Positions 59,312 through 64,000 of a DNA stretch of 64,000 bases are shown piece after piece. The notes under the pieces were generated by a model, which saw only the letters and a list, made by a program, of their open reading frames with translations, searched no databases and had not been told where the DNA came from. The position numbers and the translations under genes were made by a program. The first letter of the stretch is position 1; every line of letters begins with the position of its first letter. The stretch comes from a virus (lineage: Duplodnaviria; Caudoviricetes), in the IMG/VR virus record IMGVR_UViG_3300028284_000005, positions 1,752 through 65,751 of that record. One strand, 5' to 3'.

Positions 59312-60811
59312 ATGGAGCTTACTCTCACAGAGAATAAACAATATTTAAGAGTTGATGAAGCATCTGAGCTTGAACTTGAACAACTAAACATATCACTAAC
59401 TAAAAGAATCGACAGCTGGAGATTTAATCCTCTAGTAAAAAAAGGAATATGGGATGGGTACATTTCATATTTTAAAGATAATAAGTGGATTCCGGCAGGT
59501 TTATGGAGATATGTTTATAATGTTTGTAAAGAATATAGATTTGAACTTAATATCAATGGCGTTAAAGAGCTGTTTGATAAGAATGTTACAGCATCTTATT
59601 TTGAGAAGTGGGCTTTGGCCTTCTTTGAAGGTTCAGAGATAACTCCTAGGGACTATCAAATAGAAGCTGCGTATAATATCCTTAAGTTTAGAAAGTGTCT
59701 TAGTGAACTTGCTACGTCTGCAGGAAAGACATTAATTAGTTTCCTTACGGTTGCTTATTTATTAGAACAAGAAAAGGCAAAGAAGATTTTATTCATTGTA
59801 CCTAACGTTTCATTGGTTGTTCAAGCAACTGAGGATTTTTCAGACTATAATTATGCAAATAGAGTCAACATAAAAATTCAACAAATATTTAGTGGTAAAA
59901 AGATTAGAGATGGTAGGAATGTAGTGATAGGTACATATCAATCTCTCGTTAAAAAGAAGCAAGAATATTTTGATCAGTTCGATGCTGTTATAATTGATGA
60001 GTGTCATAAAATGAAAAGCCAATCTATTAAAACGATCTTACAGAAATGTGTAAATGCAGAATATAGATATGGTCTTTCAGGTACAATTCCTAAAGAAGGC
60101 ACATTAGATCGTTTAACATTAATGGCATATACAGGTCCACTAATTAGTGAGGTGAGTGCTAGTTTCTTACAACAAGAGGGGTATATAGCAAATTGTAAGG
60201 TTAAAGTAATTGAAATGGATTATGCACCTGAAAGTACTAAGAATGCCTTTACAGAAATGGCCCAAAACAGATATGAAAACAAGGACTTATTTCAATTAGA
60301 ACAAAACTACATAATTAATTCAGAGCCAAGATTAAATTTTATATGTAAGGTTATTGGTAAAATACCAAGAAACAGTCTTGTACTTTTTCATAGGATTGAA
60401 CATGGAAAAAAGGTTTATGAAAAACTTAGACAAGAAAGTAATAAAGCAGTCTATTATGTAGATGGCGGCACAGATAAAGATATTAGAGAAGAGTATAAAA
60501 AGAAAATGGAAGCAGGTGATGAGGTTGCAATTGTTGCAAGTTATGGTACATTCTCTACAGGTATATCAATTAAAAAAATTCACAACATTTTCTTTACAGA
60601 AAGCTTTAAGTCTGAGGTTATAATTAGACAGTCAATTGGTAGAGGATTAAGACAACATCACTCTAAAAGCAGCGTTCTTATTATAGACTTTGTAGATGAT
60701 CTGGCCACTACAGAATGGAGTAATTATTTAATGAAACACTCTAAAGCAAGACAATCAATATACAAAGAACAACAGTTTGAGTACAGCGTAAAGAAATTTC
60801 AATTTGAGTGA
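59312..60811 (+). CDS. uvsW: UvsW-like SF2 helicase
   Basis: PRDYQ, ATSAGKT, DECH, GLSGT, SYGTFSTGISIK and QSIGRGLR motifs. Confidence 0.92.
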   Translation: MELTLTENKQYLRVDEASELELEQLNISLTKRIDSWRFNPLVKKGIWDGYISYFKDNKWIPAGLWRYVYNVCKEYRFELNINGVKELFDKNVTASYFEKWALAFFEGSEITPRDYQIEAAYNILKFRKCLSELATSAGKTLISFLTVAYLLEQEKAKKILFIVPNVSLVVQATEDFSDYNYANRVNIKIQQIFSGKKIRDGRNVVIGTYQSLVKKKQEYFDQFDAVIIDECHKMKSQSIKTILQKCVNAEYRYGLSGTIPKEGTLDRLTLMAYTGPLISEVSASFLQQEGYIANCKVKVIEMDYAPESTKNAFTEMAQNRYENKDLFQLEQNYIINSEPRLNFICKVIGKIPRNSLVLFHRIEHGKKVYEKLRQESNKAVYYVDGGTDKDIREEYKKKMEAGDEVAIVASYGTFSTGISIKKIHNIFFTESFKSEVIIRQSIGRGLRQHHSKSSVLIIDFVDDLATTEWSNYLMKHSKARQSIYKEQQFEYSVKKFQFE

Positions 60812-60862
60812 TATTTAAGGTGATATATAATTATAATATAGTAATAAAAAAACATAATAAAA

Positions 60863-61366
60863 ATGGAAACAAAAATTCAATCATTTGCTACGTTTTCTGA
60901 AACTAGAAAAGCAGCAATAGACACTAAGATAAAAGAAGAAGCATCTACAAAGAGAACAACTGAGTCTCAGAGATTTACTGATCTATTAGCTGAATATGAA
61001 GTAACTACTGTTGCTGAAATAGCTGAAGAACAAAGAACTGAGTTTTTTGCTAAATTAGTTGGTGAAATTAAAAACCTTGAAACTGAAGGTAATGCATTCG
61101 GCGCAGCTGTTAAAAAAGCAAAAGAAGAAGGTGAAAAAGAATTCAAAGTAGATGGAGAAACTTATAAAGTTGAAGAATCTAAAGTTGAAGAAGCTGAAGT
61201 TAAATCTGATGAAGATTTTATGGAAATGGTTATGACAATGTATAAAGAAGCATTCGGTGATGATTTTGATGAAACTAAAGCAACAGAAGCAGGAGAAGGA
61301 ATGTTAAAGAAAGCTGACGGGGATTATGGCGCTGCTGTAGGAATGTTACAATCATCTTTAGGATAA
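60863..61366 (+). CDS. Acidic putative head-internal protein
   Basis: GATATATA at 60822. KIQSFATFSE start. EGNAFGAAVKKAKEEGEKEFKVDGETYKVEE motif. Confidence 0.6.
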   Translation: METKIQSFATFSETRKAAIDTKIKEEASTKRTTESQRFTDLLAEYEVTTVAEIAEEQRTEFFAKLVGEIKNLETEGNAFGAAVKKAKEEGEKEFKVDGETYKVEESKVEEAEVKSDEDFMEMVMTMYKEAFGDDFDETKATEAGEGMLKKADGDYGAAVGMLQSSLG

Positions 61367-61381
61367 AAATAAAACATAGAC

Positions 61382-62647
61382 ATGTTATTAACTTACGAAC
61401 AATTTCTAGTCGAAAAGGCTCAGATAGTAGAGGGTAATTTGATTTTAGAAGGAGGAGCTGCAGGCCACATGCCTCACCCCTTTGATTATAATGATTTAAC
61501 TTTCCAAGATTTTAAAACTATTGTTACAAATTCATTACAAGGTGAAATACATTTTGAAGAAGGTCCTACTGAAAAAACAGATGGTCAAAACTTCTTTGTT
61601 ACAGTAAAGGATGGTCAAGTTCTTTTCTCAAGAAATAAAGGGCAACTAATGGCACCTGTATCTTTAGATGGGGTTATTAAAATGTTTACGGGCCATGCAT
61701 CAAAGTTAGTTGAAGATACTTTTATCTATGCTGCAACAGATTTAGAAGCTGCATTATTAAGTTTAAGCGATCATCATGAATTTAAGAATGGTCAAAACTT
61801 TCTTAATATGGAGTTAATTTATTCTAAGAACCCTAACGTGATTAATTATGACAGAGATGTTATTCAATTTCACGGAATGGCAGAAACTGATGGCAAAGGT
61901 AATATAGTTAATATGTCACAACAGACAGGTGCAAAACTTGCAAGACTTCTTAAAGGTATAGAGGCAGATGTACAAAAGACATTTACAATTATTCCTCCAC
62001 AAATATTAAAACTTCAAAAAAACTTAGATTTTGAAAAAAGACAAAGTTATTATCATAGTAAATTAAATGACTTAAGAGATGAGTTTAATTTATCAGACGG
62101 TGACGAAGTTAAAATGTATCATGAAGCATGGTGGAGAAGAGAAATTGAAAAAGATTTTGCAGATATTTCAAGTGATTTAAAGGAAGGTTTATTTTTAAGA
62201 TGGGCATACAATGACAAGCAAACTATGAATATGGTTGCTATGAAAAAGATTGCTACTCCTGAACAAATGAAAAAAATCAAAGAGTTTGACAAGATAAAAG
62301 GTAAAAAGTATAAGCAAAATATTTTACCATTTGAAAACTTATTTTTAGAGTTAGGAAAAGATGTATTATTAAATGCAAGTAATTTTGTTGCTGCAAATCC
62401 TGATTTAGAAAAGAAAAATCTACACAATAAGATTAGAAAAGCAGCTGCTAACGTTAAACTTAATGGTGATTTAAAACAAGTCGCTAAGATAGAAGCAGAA
62501 TTAGAAAGATTAGAAAGTATTGGAGGTATTGAAGGTATTGTACCAACTGAGGGAATAGTGTTTAAATACAAAGGTAAGATTATGAAACTTACAGGCACAT
62601 TTGCTGCAATCAATCAGCTTATGGGTATAATAAAATATGGAAGATAA
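61382..62647 (+). CDS. Ligase-fold nucleotidyltransferase (DUF6267-like) with capsid-targeting-like N-terminus
   Basis: MLLTYEQFLVE start, EGGAAGHMPHPFD, motif I TEKTDG, SRNK, MELI, motif IV EGIVFK and KLTG. Confidence 0.7.
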   Translation: MLLTYEQFLVEKAQIVEGNLILEGGAAGHMPHPFDYNDLTFQDFKTIVTNSLQGEIHFEEGPTEKTDGQNFFVTVKDGQVLFSRNKGQLMAPVSLDGVIKMFTGHASKLVEDTFIYAATDLEAALLSLSDHHEFKNGQNFLNMELIYSKNPNVINYDRDVIQFHGMAETDGKGNIVNMSQQTGAKLARLLKGIEADVQKTFTIIPPQILKLQKNLDFEKRQSYYHSKLNDLRDEFNLSDGDEVKMYHEAWWRREIEKDFADISSDLKEGLFLRWAYNDKQTMNMVAMKKIATPEQMKKIKEFDKIKGKKYKQNILPFENLFLELGKDVLLNASNFVAANPDLEKKNLHNKIRKAAANVKLNGDLKQVAKIEAELERLESIGGIEGIVPTEGIVFKYKGKIMKLTGTFAAINQLMGIIKYGR

Positions 62648-62654
62648 ATATATT

Positions 62655-63107
62655 ATGAAAAAGATAAAACTATTTGAAGAATTCTTAAACGAGGCAACGA
62701 TGGACAATTTCAAACCGGAGGTATTGTCTAATAAAGATAAAGTAGATATGAAGCTTTTTAAAAGTTTAATGCCTAGAACTGCTAAAACAGTTAAAGACGC
62801 TGAACGTAGAATTCAAACATGGAAAGGTAACAAAATGTTTGTACACTACCAAGCATTTACAGTTCAGTCAAATGGTAATAAACCAGACTTGCCAACATAT
62901 AGATTTGGTAATTCACAATATTGGTTAAACGATACTCAATTAGGTTGGGCAGGTAGAGCAGGTGAAAAAGTAAACATTACTTTATTAACAATAACTGATG
63001 TAACCGATCCTGATAATGAAAAGATGCTAGGAGAACTTTACGTTAATACCGATACATATTTACAAGAGCACAATATAGTATTTACAGAATTAGATAACGT
63101 ATCATAA
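62655..63107 (+). CDS. Putative head-internal protein (start revised to 62655)
   Basis: GATAAATA-TATT-ATG. Starts MKKIKLFEEFLNEA. Confidence 0.65.
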   Translation: MKKIKLFEEFLNEATMDNFKPEVLSNKDKVDMKLFKSLMPRTAKTVKDAERRIQTWKGNKMFVHYQAFTVQSNGNKPDLPTYRFGNSQYWLNDTQLGWAGRAGEKVNITLLTITDVTDPDNEKMLGELYVNTDTYLQEHNIVFTELDNVS

Positions 63108-63118
63108 AATTATAAAAA

Positions 63119-64000
63119 ATGGCATTACAAGATTTAAGAACATATTATGAGTCAGTTGAAAAAGAGGATTTTAATAATCTTTTAACACAAAAATGTTTAG
63201 TTACTGAAAAGATTCAAGCAAGTAGTCTTCATGTAAGAAGAGAAGATAGGCTTTTAGAATTTTATAAATCAGGCAATAAGCAACCTCTTAATAAAATTGA
63301 TAGAACAATTGTTTCTTATTATGAAAAAGGCATAGCCCATTTCGATGCACTCTTAAGTGAGACTATTCAACAAATGCCAAGTGATTGGAAATTTGGATTT
63401 GATTATATGGTTAGTGAAAAGACAGTAGACATTGAATATGATACACTTCCAAAAAATAGTCTTATATTAACACATATTCAAGTATTAAATGAAGACAGAA
63501 CTCAGATTAAAAAAGTAATTAGAGATCCTAAGATTTTAGAAAAATGGGCTAATCTTTTAGAAGTTCAATCTCCTGAGGTTGTTTATGAAGGTATCCTTTC
63601 CGATCACCAAAAAGAAAAGTTAGTTAATATACTAAGTTTACAAGGAGAGCAAGCAAAAATAGAATTACAAGATTTTGGTTTTTCTTATAGAGCATTTACA
63701 ACATTTAACGAGTCAATTCATAAGTCAATGTTAAACAATGATATTCATAAAGACATTGATGGATTAGTTGTAAGTTTTGTAGAGGGCAAATCATTAAAAA
63801 ACTTTAAACTACAGAGTCCATTAAAAGAAATTAAAGAACAAGAAGAGAGAAAGAGTTCGGATGCGTATCAAATTACTGTAGTAAAACTTATTGAATATTT
63901 TAATGCGTTTGATTTTAGTGAAATACAACTTGAAAGTAAAGAAGTTGATGAGAGATATTTAGAATTAATGACAGCAGGTTTTAATTCATTTATAAAAGAC
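63119..64000 (+). CDS. Divergent RNA-ligase-fold protein (3'-partial; not in ORF track)
   Basis: Frame appears open to the window end. MALQDLRTYYES...VTEKIQAS (motif I-like)...PEVVYEG...DIDGLVVSF...FK (motifs IV/V-like). Confidence 0.65.
   Translation, partial: MALQDLRTYYESVEKEDFNNLLTQKCLVTEKIQASSLHVRREDRLLEFYKSGNKQPLNKIDRTIVSYYEKGIAHFDALLSETIQQMPSDWKFGFDYMVSEKTVDIEYDTLPKNSLILTHIQVLNEDRTQIKKVIRDPKILEKWANLLEVQSPEVVYEGILSDHQKEKLVNILSLQGEQAKIELQDFGFSYRAFTTFNESIHKSMLNNDIHKDIDGLVVSFVEGKSLKNFKLQSPLKEIKEQEERKSSDAYQITVVKLIEYFNAFDFSEIQLESKEVDERYLELMTAGFNSFIKD

Noticed and set aside
38985-59642. Short alternative-frame plus-strand ORFs (38985, 39216, 59454) and other short minus-strand ORFs in the track
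   Set aside because: Nested within long, well-supported genes, with atypical composition and no promoter or leader signals.
1-64000. Alternative genetic code (stop-codon recoding) as in some Bacteroidota phages
   Set aside because: Conserved genes are full-length in code 11, and TAA, TAG and TGA all end genes at sensible positions.
1-64000. tRNA/rRNA genes, introns, inteins, transposases, integrase or DGR
   Set aside because: No cloverleaf or T-loop signatures in the few intergenic gaps. Helicases, primase and PhoH are of normal length. No RT or recombinase motifs seen.

Overview
AT-rich, gene-dense, almost entirely plus-strand segment of a large T4-like (myovirus, probably jumbo) phage that most likely infects Bacteroidota/Flavobacteriia (Flavobacterium-type bS21, Bacteroidota-type bS1 N-terminus, no Shine-Dalgarno sites). 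Order: fibre-like genes (1-5.9 kb); an accessory, host-takeover and DNA-metabolism block (GT4, ATP-grasp, 3'-5' exonuclease, GIY-YIG, broken Hsp20, DnaJ, bS21, PhoH, RNase HII, UvsE, dCMP deaminase, DinG-like helicase; 5.9-22 kb); a baseplate/neck/tail module (22-55 kb) interrupted by a bS1 homolog and an amidoligase; a replication/recombination block (RuvC-like, gp32, gp61, UvsY, UvsW); and putative head-internal proteins including two ligase-fold nucleotidyltransferases. Three promoter classes can be read from the sequence: early-like CTAGGATTTT-N5-GTC-N11-TTATATT, middle-like AAAC-N17-TATAAT and late-like RATAWATA. Best candidates for novelty: (1) the late octamer lies exactly 4 nt before ATG at eight genes, implying leaderless mRNAs in a phage that also carries its own bS1 and bS21; (2) about eight late proteins, including enzymes, carry a T4-style capsid-targeting N-terminus. 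No tRNA, rRNA or CRISPR array was seen. All protein assignments come from motif recognition by eye, not from database searches.
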